DNA from: Callorhinchus milii
Lineage: Eukaryota
Length of the DNA stretch: 64,000 nt
Assembly (NCBI RefSeq): GCF_018977255.1
Contig: NW_024704742.1
Coordinates: 6,078,001 to 6,142,000, forward strand
Direction: 5' to 3'
The translations under genes and the position numbers were made by a program. The notes beneath the pieces were generated by a model, which saw only the letters and a program-made list of their open reading frames with translations, made no database searches and was not told where the DNA came from. This document shows, piece after piece, positions 26,035-39,380 of this stretch; the first letter of the stretch is position 1, and the number at the start of each line of letters is the position of its first letter.

Positions 26035-26478
26035 AGTAAAATAATCCTTGCATTTGGAATAGTAATAGTAATAATCATAATAATCCTTGCATTTGGAATA
26101 GTAATAGTAATAATCATAATAATCCTTGCATTTGATAAAGGCAATTGATCGCAATCTCCTAGACGTCTCAAAGCGCTCAAAGTGAAGATACCGTAAAGTG
26201 AATCGACTGTGTATTTTGTGGGCGAAACGCGGCAGCCAATTGCGCACAGCAATGTCCCACAAACAGTCGTGGATTGAGTGACTAAATTATGATTTTTTTT
26301 AAGGGATTATTATCCCTGGAAAAGCGACCCGCCCATTGACTAACAACCAGGTTGCTACTTACTGCTAGGTAAGGAGAGCCAAGTGGAATAAGGAAACTTG
26401 CCCAACATTTCGCCCTGCCTGAGAATTGATCCCAGGTCCTCTCGCTTGCGAGGCGAGTGTTCCAACCACTGAGCTACA
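26035..26478 (-). mobile_element. tRNA-derived SINE (subfamily B) with a 39-bp tandem duplication in its tail
   Basis: Head at 26400-26478; ataatccttgcatttggaatagtaatagtaataatcata repeated about 2.4 times at 26041-26134. Confidence 0.9.
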
Positions 26479-26519
26479 GTGGCTATAACATTGCAGCATT
26501 TCCAAACACCAAACGCAAA

Positions 26520-26755
26520 CACAGCGTTCAGTGTAGCGACTGTACATAGGCAAACACGGCAGCCAATGTTCACACTTCCGGTTCCTACAAACAGCAATGA
26601 AGTGAATTGTAATTGGGGAATTGTTGGCCAGAGAATCGGGAGAACTTCCTTGTCTTCAAATAGTGGCACAGGATTATTAATGTCCACCTGAGCAGGCTGA
26701 CAGGACCTCAGTGTTAAATGTCTCATCCGAAAGATAGCGTTTACGACAAGGCAGC
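26520..26755 (-). mobile_element. Deu-domain SINE fragment
   Basis: Reverse complement of the Deu core (aaatgtctcatccgaaaga; gtggcacaggattattaatgtccacctga). Confidence 0.7.
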
Positions 26756-29005
26756 TCTGGTAAAAAAGAGAACACAGGACAAAAGAGAGAAAGTTGCTGA
26801 GAAATACTTTTATCTAGAAGAGATAGACCATAAAAGCAACACAGAAAATGTCCAGGATTTGTTTCATTGTTGTTTCTTTTTGCTTCTTGTTTTCTTTAAC
26901 CTGCTTTAAAGGTTAATTGAACGGGAATCGAACCCAGGTTTCTCGCTTGTGAAGCGAGTGGTCTACCCCTTCTGAGCTACAGGACTCCAGAAATTTGATG
27001 CAACAAATTGGAGAATTCTTCAATTCAAGCTTAATTTGGAAGCTGGCTGTCAGGACTTCATATTCAGGTTGATTTGGAGAATTTTCCAGAATTCTGTACC
27101 GTCTTAAAATTTAAGGCAACGGTTTTAAGGCTTAAGATTAGGAAACATTTCGAGCCTTTGATTTCCAAATAGAAAGTGTACAAAATGCACAGTCACTGCA
27201 CTCTACAGTAAATCCTGTGAAGTGTCTGGAGACATCCTATAGACTTGAAAGGCGCTATATTCGAGATGCTGTGAGGATGTCCCCTGTGTGCAGTGGTGGG
27301 GCTGATACAACTGCACGTTTTGGTTGTTTTATATCGAATGGGAGAATTACTGTTAAAGCAAATAAAAGTTCTTATAGTTCCTGGGGGTGGGGGGGGAGGG
27401 GGTTGGGGTTTGTTCAGTTCTAACTGATCAAAATGTACTGCACATACCGGGGCTAATTTATGCATTACACGTGGTTTCTGGGTATGTGGCCTGTGCTTCC
27501 CACAGACAAAGCCAAACACTCATAAACTGGCTGACGACATGTCATACAACATGTCCTGCACATGCACCTGCAAAACCAAAGAAAAATCCGTAACACTGCA
27601 GGCATGATGGCGTGAAACCTGCTTGCGCCTAACCTATTCAGCAGCAAAAGTGCACGCACATCTCACCCACCCTTCCCCAGCGAAACCTTTTCTGCCCTGA
27701 TGTTCCCTGACCTCCAATCTTTGATTGCCTCATCCACTGAGCTCCAATTTCAAGCCGCTGTTGGATAGACTGTGCAGGACCACGTAACCTGGCCTCACTA
27801 TGGTAGCCAAACTATGAACGAAACCCAGAACAGCATTTTAAACTACTTTAAAGCATGCGTAAAACATAATAATAATAATAATAAAATAATAATTATCCCT
27901 GGATTTGATGCGATGCTTCATCACCGTCATTGGGATGTATCAAAGCACTTTGTAGGATATACTGTAAAATGGTGTGACTGTGCCAATGTCCCACAACAAC
28001 CATGGAGTGAGCGACCAATCTTATTTCGGGGATTTGTTGGCCAGGACATGTGTCTCTCTTCAAGCAGTGCCTTGGATCGTTAACATTCACCTGGACAGTC
28101 AAACGGAGCCTCAATTTAATGTCTTATCTGTGCAGTACATCTGAGAGGATGCTGCTGTTTCCGAACGTAAAGCACTTGTGCTGAGGATGAAGTGACTCAC
28201 ATGCGTGTATCTGAGGTGTTATGTGGCTGGCAGAAATGCAGTGGTTTCTTTTTTATAAGCAGGCATTCCCCTGAAGTGTCCCTTCGTGAATAATGCCATC
28301 TAAAACCCAAAGGCTTAGCGTGCTGCACGGGAAAGTAGAACTTATCTGGAAATTCCTGGATCCATACGGACGGAAGGGTATTATTTTATCCTTCCTCAAC
28401 CGTTTTTTTTCTTATCCATTCAGTTTGAGTTACTTTTGGAATTGTGAGAAAAAAATGGTTCCTATTGTTGATTGCTTCAGCTTCTTGTTTTAGCTTCTTG
28501 TTCCCTTGGCTTATTCACAAGATCACAAGATTGGCTTGGATCAAGAAGGCTCTTCTGCCCATCTGATCTCATCCCTTCAGCACATCCACCCTCCATCCGC
28601 CAGTCACTGTATCAAACTGCTTCTTAAATGAGTTCAGTGTTCTGGCTTCAATCACCCTTCTATTCCTCCCCCTTCTCTTACTGAAGATGCGTCTCCTTCA
28701 ACTGGGAGTACCAGATAATAATATTAATAATAATAATAATACTTGCCTTTGATACAGCGCCTTATCAGGTCTAGAAAATATCTCAAAGTGCTTCCCAGAA
28801 TATACTGTAAAGTGAATTGACTGTATATTTTGTGGGCGAAACGTGGCAGCCAATTGCACACAGCAGTGTCCTACAAACAGTCGTGGATTGAAGTGACCAA
28901 TTTATTATTATTATTATTATTATTTTGATGCACGGCTTATAGATTCCCACACGGTATCTGAGGTCAACTACACTCCTGGTGGCAGGCCTTAACAGCTATA
29001 CTACA

Positions 29006-29092
29006 GGGGCGTGTGAGTTGGCTGACTCTGGCAGCTTATGAAACTCAATTGCACTAGCCAATCAGTCAACAAACAGCGTGCAGTCTATAAAG
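29006..29092 (+). promoter_or_regulatory. Possible Pol II core promoter (GC/KLF box, CCAAT, TATA)
   Basis: ggggcgtgtg at 29006, agccaatcag at 29056 and ctataaag at 29085, in canonical order within unique sequence. Confidence 0.3.
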
Positions 29093-32000
29093 TCCCAATA
29101 TTTAGCTTAACGTGACCTGTTGGTCTTCACATTAAGACTTTTCAGAAATAACAGAATGGCTACAGTAGGTCTGACAAACTGCCTCGTTCCGGAGGCTCCA
29201 AAAACAAGGTTGTTTTATAATCATCCACGTTCTCATATTGAAACTTACTGACACAGAGTTGACCTTATTTTTCCAACTTCCAAGTGCTTTTTGCAAGTCT
29301 TTTATCTGCCTCTTTAATTGTACGCTCTGTTGGTGAGAGGAGAGCAGGTAAACGCATGTACTCGCTCTTCAAAGTCTCTGATCCTCACACGACTCTAAAA
29401 GACAGACGACTTGGAGGGAGTACAGTTCCTACAGGAAATGGAGATAGGTAGACGATTTTCCTCTCCTTCCCCCCGCAAAGGTTGACTGATAACGGATAAT
29501 GCTTACGTCATGATATTTAGTACCTTTTTTTCAGTTAATAGTAACGATCCTTATATTTGATGTCAGGAAGATGTCTCAAAGCACTTTACAGGACGTATTG
29601 TAAAGTGTGATGACTGACTGTGTTTTGGAGACAAACACAGGAGCCAGTTTACACGGTTTATTGAACTCCCTCAGTAACCGCTTATATTTTCTGGGCTCTA
29701 CCTCTTCCAGCCTCACCCAACATAGCCTCTCTCAAGTGGCATGTGCTGACTTTATTTAAGTACAAATAAAAACCTCAGACCTCAGGGTAAGGCAATAGAA
29801 AACCGGGATACATTACATGTGGCTTCCTTGTGAGGGGGAAAATATCAATAATCTTTCAAGCTGTAACGCTTCCTATTGCAATTCTTCAATTCCACAGAAT
29901 AAATGATTGAAAAAACACAAATGACTATTTGCAGCGTGAAGAATTAAGCGAAAGCCGGAATAGTAAAAACAATAATTATTCAGTGAAGAATTTCACCAGT
30001 TTCCTGAATGTATTTTTTCAACAACACACACACAAAAAAATCCCAGTCTGACATTCTCTCTTTGCCTTTCTCTGCTAACTCACTCCTCCTGCACTCAAGT
30101 TTTACTCTGTGTCTCTGCTTTCCCTGCTCTGGCAGTCAACCCTCTGTAGCAGACCATTTAATTTGAACTGTGGGAACAGGATCCTGACACCTAGAGGGAG
30201 ATACTCTGTTTACAGAAAGCTGGTAAACAAAGTACCTTGTTCGTATTTTACTGTGAACAACATTTCTCAGATCGTCCAGACAGACTCATGTTGGATGGTC
30301 TGCTGTTTCCTCTCTTTTACCTTCCAAGAAAATCGGTACATAAAACAAATTGAATTTGTCACTGCTTAAACCGAGGCTAACATGTTATCTACTCCCAGTC
30401 AAAGTACAATAATGGCCACCTTAATTGACTTAGTATACGGAGATAATAATGATAATTCATAAGATTGGCACTGTTATGGATCAATGGGCGATAGACATCA
30501 CTGTCGAGGCTCAAACAAGAAGAACGGATTCCTGGGAAGGCAGAATAAGGTTTTTGTTACCTTTGGTAACTCTCTCAATGCGTCACCTCCAGGAGAGGAG
30601 GGAAGAAAACAGCCAGAAAAATAAATCACTTGCCACCTGGATGTGTCTTTCTTTTAAAACAATCCAATGGATTTTGTTGAATCTAATCTAATAATAATAA
30701 TAATAATCCTTGCATTTAATGTAGCGCCTTATCACGTCTTCAAGACATCTCAAAGCGCTTCACAGAATAAACTGTCAAGTGAATTGACTGTAGGCTTTGT
30801 GGGCGAAACGCATGCATTTCGAGAGCTCTCCTGGCGGATCAGGGCGTAAAACACACTGCTGGGTACAGCACTGAGCCGCACACTCCAATGTGGTCTCAGA
30901 TCCAATTCTTGGTGGTGGTACAGTAATCCAGGTCTCAGCTGGGATGCTTGTGAGCAGTACAACTGGCTTCTACATCTCTGAAAGATAAAACAGCTCGGAT
31001 TCCTGCTCCTGATTATTATTCAGTGGCCCCTGTTGGAAATATAAATGGCAGGCGAGGAGGACAGCATCGAGTTTGGCTTAGATGCCTCAACCACAGACTG
31101 CCAACATTCACAGTCTATGTTAACACGCGCCATTTGGACGAGGTACTGGAGTGCCTGTGGAACTCCACCCAACACACATTGCAACCTTCGGGTGGAGAGA
31201 GCAGAATATTGTTGTTGTAATATTAATAACAATCCGTGCATTTGATCTCTTGCCTTCTCACGTCATTGAGACTACTCAAAGCGCTTCACAGAGTACAAAA
31301 TGCAATACAGAATTACATGCGTACAGCACCTTTCACGTCGGGAAAGACACACTATACTGTAAAGTGGATTGATTGTGTATTTTGTGGGTAAAATGCAGCA
31401 GCAAATTACGCACAGCGGCGTCCTATTGTTGTACAAGTAGGAGGAATGGTCCCCACTCGCCTCTCCATTCCCCCTCCGCCCACCCACCCACCCACCCATC
31501 CCCGAAGATAGTGAGGAAGATTATTTTGTGCACTTAAATCACAGCAGTTAAGAGGATCTGCCTAACGTTTACCATTGCTGCGATCACATCTGGGCTGTTT
31601 CAGACCCACAAGAAGCTGTCTGTTCTGTTTGTTGTTAACCCAGTCTATTTGAGCTCTCGCTCATGCTTCATGGCTCTGTTGCTGGCGAATTGAGTGAGAA
31701 ACAAAAGCCAGCCCCTGATCTAAGTGGAGATAGATAAGGCACCCGTGATGAAGGTGATGGTGGCTGATGTAATCTGTACGGATCCCTTTGTAATAAAGGT
31801 AGTGATGGTGATATATCTGTCCTCATTATATTCGACTACAAAGTTCACCAGTCAATACACTTTACAGTATATCCTGTGAAGCACTTTGAGAGGCCCTCTC
31901 GATTCTAAAGGCATTACATCAAATACCATTATTTTATTATTATTATCATTTATTATTCACCTCTTCAAATACTCTCCTCAAGGACTCCCGTAGGTTTCAG

Positions 32001-32587
32001 GGGACTGGACTCTGTAGGCTATCATCTCATAAAGAAGATCAAATTCTTGTTCATGTGACGACCTTTGTTATTTGTTAACATTGTGGTGGAATCAACAATC
32101 TGAATTCACCATTGTGTTTCCTCCTATTGCTTTGTAGTAATAGAGGAAATTGCAATAGCCGTACAATTCATTATAATTAGCAACATATAATTCACACGTT
32201 TCTGAATACAATTGGAATAATCTCATTATGAACTTTGTTCACAAGTTATTACGAGGTTGAAAAAGTAGTACAATGGGAAAACCATAGTGTAAATGCAACT
32301 AACATCCTTAAGAGCATCCTGGGATATAAGTGGTGAGACATTTCAGCTTGGTTTCGATTTATTCTTTATTACTTATTATTGAGGTGTCGTTCCAGAGCAC
32401 CAAGAAATTGGCAAATTGTTGAATTCCGTCTCAACTTTAAGGTTGGTTTTCTGAAGTTTCCTGAAACAACTTACAGAAAACTAGTTTCATAATTAAGTTG
32501 TATTAAAGAATTTGGCAATTTCAGGTCACTCTGAAATGTTAAGAATATAGAGAAAATCTAGACCTAGTGTGCCTCCTACAATAACCG

Positions 32588-32601
32588 CATGTATGTATGT
32601 A

Positions 32602-32644
<43 letters not shown>

Positions 32645-32750
32645 GTGTGTACGTATGTGTGTGTGTATGTACGTACGTATGTACGTATGTATGTATGCAC
32701 GTACGTATATATGTACGTATGTATGTAGTACGTATGTATGTATATGTATG
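32588..32750. repeat. (TGTA)n/(TG)n compound microsatellite
   Basis: Seen directly in the sequence. Confidence 0.95.
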
Positions 32751-33747
32751 TTCCTTGCAACAACTCTGCTTTGAAGTGATCAAAAAAAAGTTGGAGCAGA
32801 ATTTGCATGGGTTGATGTGACATACATGAGGTTTTCTGCACGAGGACACACTTAACAGCCAAACCGCTTTTCGCACAGTTTTCGCCATTAAAGTCACACT
32901 TCTTTTGGACAAGCACTTTTTTTTACATTCCTTGTAAATCGGAAGCTAATACAGACAGTTCCAGCGGGAAAAGCAAGCGCACAGACACAAAGGGTCACAA
33001 AGGTCATCTTCTGTTAATAATTTTATTCCCCGATTTTCCAGTTTGCTTTTCTTCATCTGTGGTTCATTCAAATAAAGCAGGCCACTAACTCTGACACTTA
33101 GAGCAATAAATACAACTGTAGTAGCTAATTAACTCATTCAATACCAAAAAACACCATTCGGTAAAATTCTCACCCAAAAAGTTCCTGACCGGCATCACGC
33201 TGTGAGCAATTGACTACCACGTTTGGTCCACAAAATATACAATACAGTCACTACACTTTACAGTATATTCTGTGAAGCGCCTTGATACGTCTTAAAGATT
33301 GATGCAAAGTATCGATCAATGTTAAACTCCAATGATAACTCGAAATCTTTGACGCGCTGTTTGTTTTCTCCTTTCAGTCACCCTCTGTGCCGCGTGCCAT
33401 CTTTTGGCTGTCACCTTCCCAGTGTGAAGGGCGCTACACAAATGCAAGTTGTTGTTGTTGACCTTCCCTCATTCTCTGGCAATCCCTAGAGTGGCTCCAG
33501 CAGAGAGAGTGAGCGAGTGCAACCTGCGATCTCTCGCCCACTGAATTTCTTCCCCTCCCAGCTGCGGAGCACCTTGACCTGCTTGGCATCTCCCTGTTCA
33601 TTGCACAGCTGAGATCAAGGACTTGGCACATGGGACAAATGGGCAACATCACAATAAGTGCCAATGCTACAGAACCAACCATCGCAACACGGCATGGACA
33701 TACACAGCATCCTCCGGGGAGTTTTGTCTCAAAGTTAATCAGGGAGT

Positions 33748-34290
33748 CAGTCTGGCTCAATCGGTAACATTCTCTCGTTTGGGTCAGAAGGTTGTCAGGC
33801 TCCGCCACTGTTAAGCGCTTTGAGACATCACCTTGTGTGGAGGGCAGGTTGTTGTTGTTGTTGTTGTTGTCGGTTCAAACCCCTATGTCAGGACTTTGAG
33901 CTTCCAGTCAAGGCTGACCATTTCGGTGAAGTGCAATGGAAGCACCACGTTGTTTGAGATGCCCGTCCTTTCGATACGATGTTACGCCAACAAACAGCAA
34001 ATTACGTTTTGTAGAGCGCCTTTCACGTCGGGAGGACGTCCCAAGGAGTTACAAAATTTATCTGTTCACATGATCAGGTGGAAAGTTAACGATCCCACGA
34101 CGCTATTCATAGAGAGAAGGGAGTTTCTCCTTGTGTAATGGCCAACAATCCCTGTTTATAGGTCGCGCTGTATGAAAATTGTCCTCTCTCTGCATTTCCC
34201 TACCAATAATACACTTTTCAAGAAAACTAAAAGTGCAGCACTTTTTCACATGAAAAGGCACTATATCAAACGCAAGGATTATTATTATTT
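33748..34290 (+). mobile_element. Deu-domain SINE interrupted by short L2/SINE tail insertions
   Basis: gtcagtctggctcaatcggtaac..gtcagaaggttgt; gatgcccgtcctttcgatacgatgtta; gatcccacgacgctattc. Confidence 0.65.
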
Positions 34291-34639
34291 TATGCCTTGG
34301 CTTTCAGTATTCGAAAACCTGGATGTCTTGTATAATGTTCAAGCCTCGTAATGCTGAGAATGTGACTTAAGATGTGGCCGGAGAAACCTCCTGCCATTAC
34401 GAGTGATTCCATATTAATCCCAACACAGTTATTGATAGTTTTTGTCTTAAGAACAAGACAGATGTTTGATCTTCGCCACACAACCAGATACAGCTTCTAG
34501 TCCTCTGAAAGCTGTTTGAGTCCTCAAGGGGAATATTTAAACAGCGGATGTCACTATCAGCATCTGTTTCACAAATCGGTTATGAAGAAGTATGACTAAA
34601 CTGAATAAGTACCTACTTGTGAACAGCATCTGAGGTTGT

Positions 34640-34960
34640 AATAATAAATAGTAATCCTCGCATTTGATATAGCGCTTTTCGTGTCTTCTCGACGTCTCAA
34701 AGCGCTTCACAGAATAGACTGTAAAGTGAATTGACTGTATATTTGTGGGCGAAACGCAGCAGCCAATTGTGCACAGCAGCGTCCCACGAACAGTCGTGGA
34801 TTGAAAATGACCAATTTATTATTGTTTTGGGTTTTGGAGGGATTATTATTAGGCTCTGTGTGGAGTAAGGAAACTTGCCCAAGGTTTCGCCCTCTGCCTG
34901 GAATTGAACCAGGTCTCTCACTTGCAAAGCGAGTGCTCTAACCACTGAGCAACAGGACTC
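34640..34960 (-). mobile_element. Full-length tRNA-derived SINE (subfamily A)
   Basis: Near-identical to 11247-11572 and 57966-58292. Confidence 0.95.
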
Positions 34961-35304
34961 TAATGTAGGGCAATGTACAGACGAAATCAGACTAACACTC
35001 CAGGGGATGTAATCACACTTGTGTTGCTGGGACCAGGGTGGATTAGGAGCAGAGGGGTTTTTTGTCTGTAAAGGAAAGAGGCCGAGCTTTTAATAACAAC
35101 AATAATTTCAATTTGTACAGCGCCTTTCACGTCAGGAGGACGCCCCAAGGTGCTGGACAGTCAGGGATTCGCACCCGAGCTGGTGGTTGGGATCAGGAGG
35201 AGTCGAGGGCAGGGAGGGTAGGGGTAGGTGAGTGACTGATGGCACAGTCGAAGAGGAGGCTCTTGAGACTGGTCTTGAAGGAGGCATTTTATGGGGGGAA
35301 TCAT

Positions 35305-35700
35305 TATAATAATAATAATCCTTGCATTTGATACAGTGCCTTATCACGTTGTCGACACGTCTCAAAATGCTTCACAGGACGTACTGAAAAGTGTGATGAC
35401 TGTGTGTTTTACGGGCAAAACACGACAGCCAGTTGCGCACAGCAACGTCCACAAACAGCCATGGAGGGAGTGACCAAATTTATTTTGGGGAATTTGTTGA
35501 CCAGGACACCGGGAGAAACTGCCTTGTCTTTTGAGTAGTACTAGAGGATATTTAACATCCACCGAAGCAGGCAAACAGGATCCCCAACACTGCATTGGAG
35601 TGTCAGCATAGACTATGTGATTCCAAGTCCTGACGTGGAGCTTGAACCCACAAACTTCTGACTCAGAGGTGAGAGAGCTACCACTGTGCCAGGCTGACAT
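35305..35700 (-). mobile_element. Deu-domain SINE
   Basis: Reverse head cttgaacccacaaacttctgactcagagg..gccaggctgac, plus the shared tail. Confidence 0.8.
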
Positions 35701-37079
35701 CGTTGGCCAGGAATTAGGTTTAATAGAACACATTGCCTTTGCTCATTCAATCCTTCCTTCTACTCATATCCTTTTGCTTCTCAGAATCCATTTCTTTTGA
35801 TAAAATATTTTGTGTTTGATCGAATGGCATCATTGTTATGATATAATAATAATAATAATAATAATCCTTGCAATTGATAAAGTGCTTGATCACCTCTTCG
35901 AGACGTCTCAAAGCGCTTCGCAGAATATATTGTAAATTGACTGCATATTTTGTGAGCGAAACGCGGCAGCCAGTGCGCACAATGGTGTCTCACAAACAGT
36001 CGTCAACACCAAAGTAACAGCCAAAAGCCGTGATTTGATGACTTTAATTATCTTTTGTATCTTTTCATATGACAATTTGGATCCTGGATCATTAACTCCA
36101 ACAAGCGAGTGGTCCTGGTGATGATGTCACTGGTAACTCAGTTACCAAAGCATTCTGCACAATAGAAGTTTAATATCAAAAAATGATATTAAAAAAACCC
36201 CACATCCTTTCTAATTGATTTTAAACAAAAGGGTATTGACAGAGGGGATCTCTTTTACAAGACTGGCCTGTTATTAAAGTAACTGTGCTGCAGACACAGA
36301 GAAGCATTTTCCGGTGGGCTGTATGTGAACCATTCACTTCACAAAATATTTACTTGTTCGACATGGCTATTTGTGCTTTGGCTCCTATAGATGTGTTTAT
36401 GATTTTGTTATCAGAAACAGCAATGCGGCGGCAATTATCCCCATGTTTGTCAATGCAACGACACTGAGAGTAAAATATGTCCAGTCGTGTGCAATCGGCT
36501 GCCGCGTTTCGCCCGCAAATTACGGTCGATTCACTTTACGATATATTCTGCGAAATCCTTTCAGACGTCTCAAGCCGCTGTATCAAATGCAAGGATTATT
36601 ATTTATGGGCTTTGCCGAATTCTTTGTTTGTTTGCAAACCGTTGTCGTTCCGGTCTTAGTTTTCTACTGAGCAGAGCACTGCCAGCGTTTAACTGGTAAA
36701 TAACACAATGCTAATGTATTTCTGGAGTGCTGGAGATACTCATCTTTGATACAACGGTTCAAGCCCCACGTCAGGAGTTGAGGTCACACTGTGAGTGCAT
36801 TGCTTGGGGAGTACTTCATTGTCAGTGGCTTGTCCTCCCCAGGAGATATTATGTTGAAATCCTGTCTCGCTGTTCAGGTAGAGATTACGGATCCTATACG
36901 TAAGAGAATGCAGTTTTTCCTGTCAACAATCCTCCAGATAAATGGGTCATTTACTTCATAATGTTTACGGGACCTTGTGGTGCGCAGAATAGGTGCTACG
37001 TCTGTCTACAAATAACAGTGATTCCCCGTGAAATGTTTTTTTTTACATGACAGGTGACTATCCTCCCTGACGGGGAGGT

Positions 37080-37652
37080 AAGTGGGGTCTCCTTGGAACT
37101 GGCACCAAGGTGACATGCCCGGCAACGGCATGTCAGAATTGAGCCAACCCTCTCTGGTGGTCTCGTTCGTCCGGTTCCTGAGCCAAGAGGGTCCGCAGTA
37201 TTCCAAGGCACTGTATGTGACAGCACAGCACAGCCTGGCTCATCGACAGGACCTGGAAGGGCAGACCAGTCACTGGGGGCAGGGAATCCTCCCACTCAGC
37301 TCCTGTTAACCCTGGAAAGCCAAAGCCCAAATGGGTAGGGTGGGCCCAGCTGGACAAGCAGCGGGAAAGCTTGTCAAACAGCGATATCAATAGCAAGCTA
37401 TGCGGTTTTAGCTGGTTAGACTCCAACAGTTACCCCAACGCACACTCTGGGGTCCTCAAGTCTTGGCCCCTACCAACCTGCGCCTAATACTTTCCAGAAT
37501 TAGGTAAGCGGGATGCAACCCTCCAGGGAGAGAGTCCGCCTTCCATTCCAACAATCTATCTCTGGGATTTCCGTGTGTAGAAAATCTCAGCTTGGATTGG
37601 ATACTCTTAAGCACGGTGATGGGCTTCCGCATGTATCAGACACTCGGCTGAC
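37080..37652. repeat. Unclassified old interspersed repeat, copy 2 (longer)
   Basis: Homologous to 17880-18100; both end at the same point (tcagacactcggct.accaaaaa). Confidence 0.7.
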
Positions 37653-39084
37653 CAAAAATAAAATTACACGAAGGCTCGAAATCAAATGCAGGGATTATTA
37701 ATTTGCTTTGCAAGCAGCGATTCAGAAGTTCGGTATCAATTTTTTTGTGTGGATATGATCTATTTGGCCAGAAAAGAAAGGAATCGGTAGCTAAGCAAAA
37801 GAATGGGAGATCTGCCATTTCATAAAGCATGGTTTAAAAAGAAAAATATGTCATTTTACAAGCATATGGGAATGGTTCTAAAACTAAGCGAATGTCATTG
37901 AAAGGACAAAAGGTCTGAAAGACTTCTCTTCAGATAACTGACTGACAGATTGGAACATTAAGCTAACACATGTCCATTGTATTAAGGCCAAATAACACTG
38001 GATTCATTGTTTGCCACGGGACAGACACTCTGATAGATATTTCCACTCGTCCTATTGAAGTATTTCTATTACGGTTCCAACCAGTGAAATACTAGCGGGA
38101 CAGCGAAGCAAAGCTGTGACCTGAGTTTTTACCATTCAGCAACATAACCTGGCAGTCAAAGCAAGGATGCCATACACTGAATGGCTTCTCAGGAACCAAT
38201 ATTACAAACCATAGTGAAATACGACCCCCCCAAACTTTTATGAGAATGTATTCATTCTCACGTTAAAATATCACTCGGATTAAACTGTTTTAAGGCGAAA
38301 CTACTAAAAATTCCAGCAGGACTGGGTAGGTCATGTTGCAAAGATGTTCGACACTCCTGGTGCTGAAAACAAAGCAAACTAATATAATGATAATAATAAT
38401 TCTTGCTTTTGACAGAGCACTTTAGCAAGTCTCTGAGACATCTGAAAGTTCTTCACAGCAATATACTGCAAAGCGAATTGACTGTATATTTTGTGGGCGA
38501 AACGTGGCAGCTAATTGCACACAGCAGCGTCTCCACAAACAGTCGTGGATTGAGTGACCAAGTTATTTTTTAAGGAGAAATAAAAACGACAGGTATAGCC
38601 AATGCTTATACTAGCTGCAATTGTAAAGAGGAATTTTTCATTTAAAACACTCAGGAATAATGGGAGATGAACAGCAACCGCGGACACATGATTTCCAAGC
38701 AGAAGTTTGAGCCCACACAAACAACCAGTTGCCTCCAGTAAATGCAGAGTGACGCTGATTCAAATTGCTGGGTTTGTGTCAGATCTTCTGCTGATTTAAG
38801 ACCATTACGTCTGGACTGGTAAAAAAAGGCTAACTTAAAACCGCAGCGATCAGGTTATCTGGCGTGATTAAGAGCATCTTCTCCGGGAACACAAAAAAAG
38901 AGAGAAGTTTTAGGGAATAGGGTTGTTATTTTAAACTAAGCTCAAAAAAAAATAAACGGCCACATTTCGGGTCATATGGTTGTTTGTTTTGATTGGAACT
39001 GTACACAGAAGATAATAATAATAATAATAATAATCCTTGCATTTGACATAGCGCCTTATCACGTCTTCGAGACGTCTCAAAAAG

Positions 39085-39380
39085 AATATACCGCAGAATA
39101 ACGCCAGCGCATTCGCAGAACATGACAGGCAAAGCGAGTAAACCGAGCGCGGGTTTCGTGTGGCGATTTCGAACAGTCGCGGACCGAAGCCGCCAAAAAT
39201 GACTTTCACGACGGGACGAGCCGGTAAAGTGCATCGGGTGGCTGCGTCTTTCGGGGGCGGGCGGGCGGGCGGGGTGGTGGGAGGGGGGGGGGGGGCGTAA
39301 GGTAAGGCTCGTTGGCGTAATCATAACTGTCCGCGCAAAAGATCGCTGATGAGTTTATGAGCTTATGAGTCGCGGGCGGT
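39085..39380 (+). promoter_or_regulatory. CpG-rich promoter-like segment
   Basis: High CpG density, overlapping Sp1 GC boxes (gggcgggcgggcgggg ~39255-39274), repeated TTATGAG, and a TAATCATAA element at 39318. Confidence 0.55.

Noticed and set aside
26041..26134. CRISPR-like direct repeats
   Set aside because: Simple tandem duplication of a SINE tail in eukaryotic DNA; no unique spacers.
39346..39370. CTGATGAG as a hammerhead core or C box
   Set aside because: No downstream GAAA or suitably placed D box.
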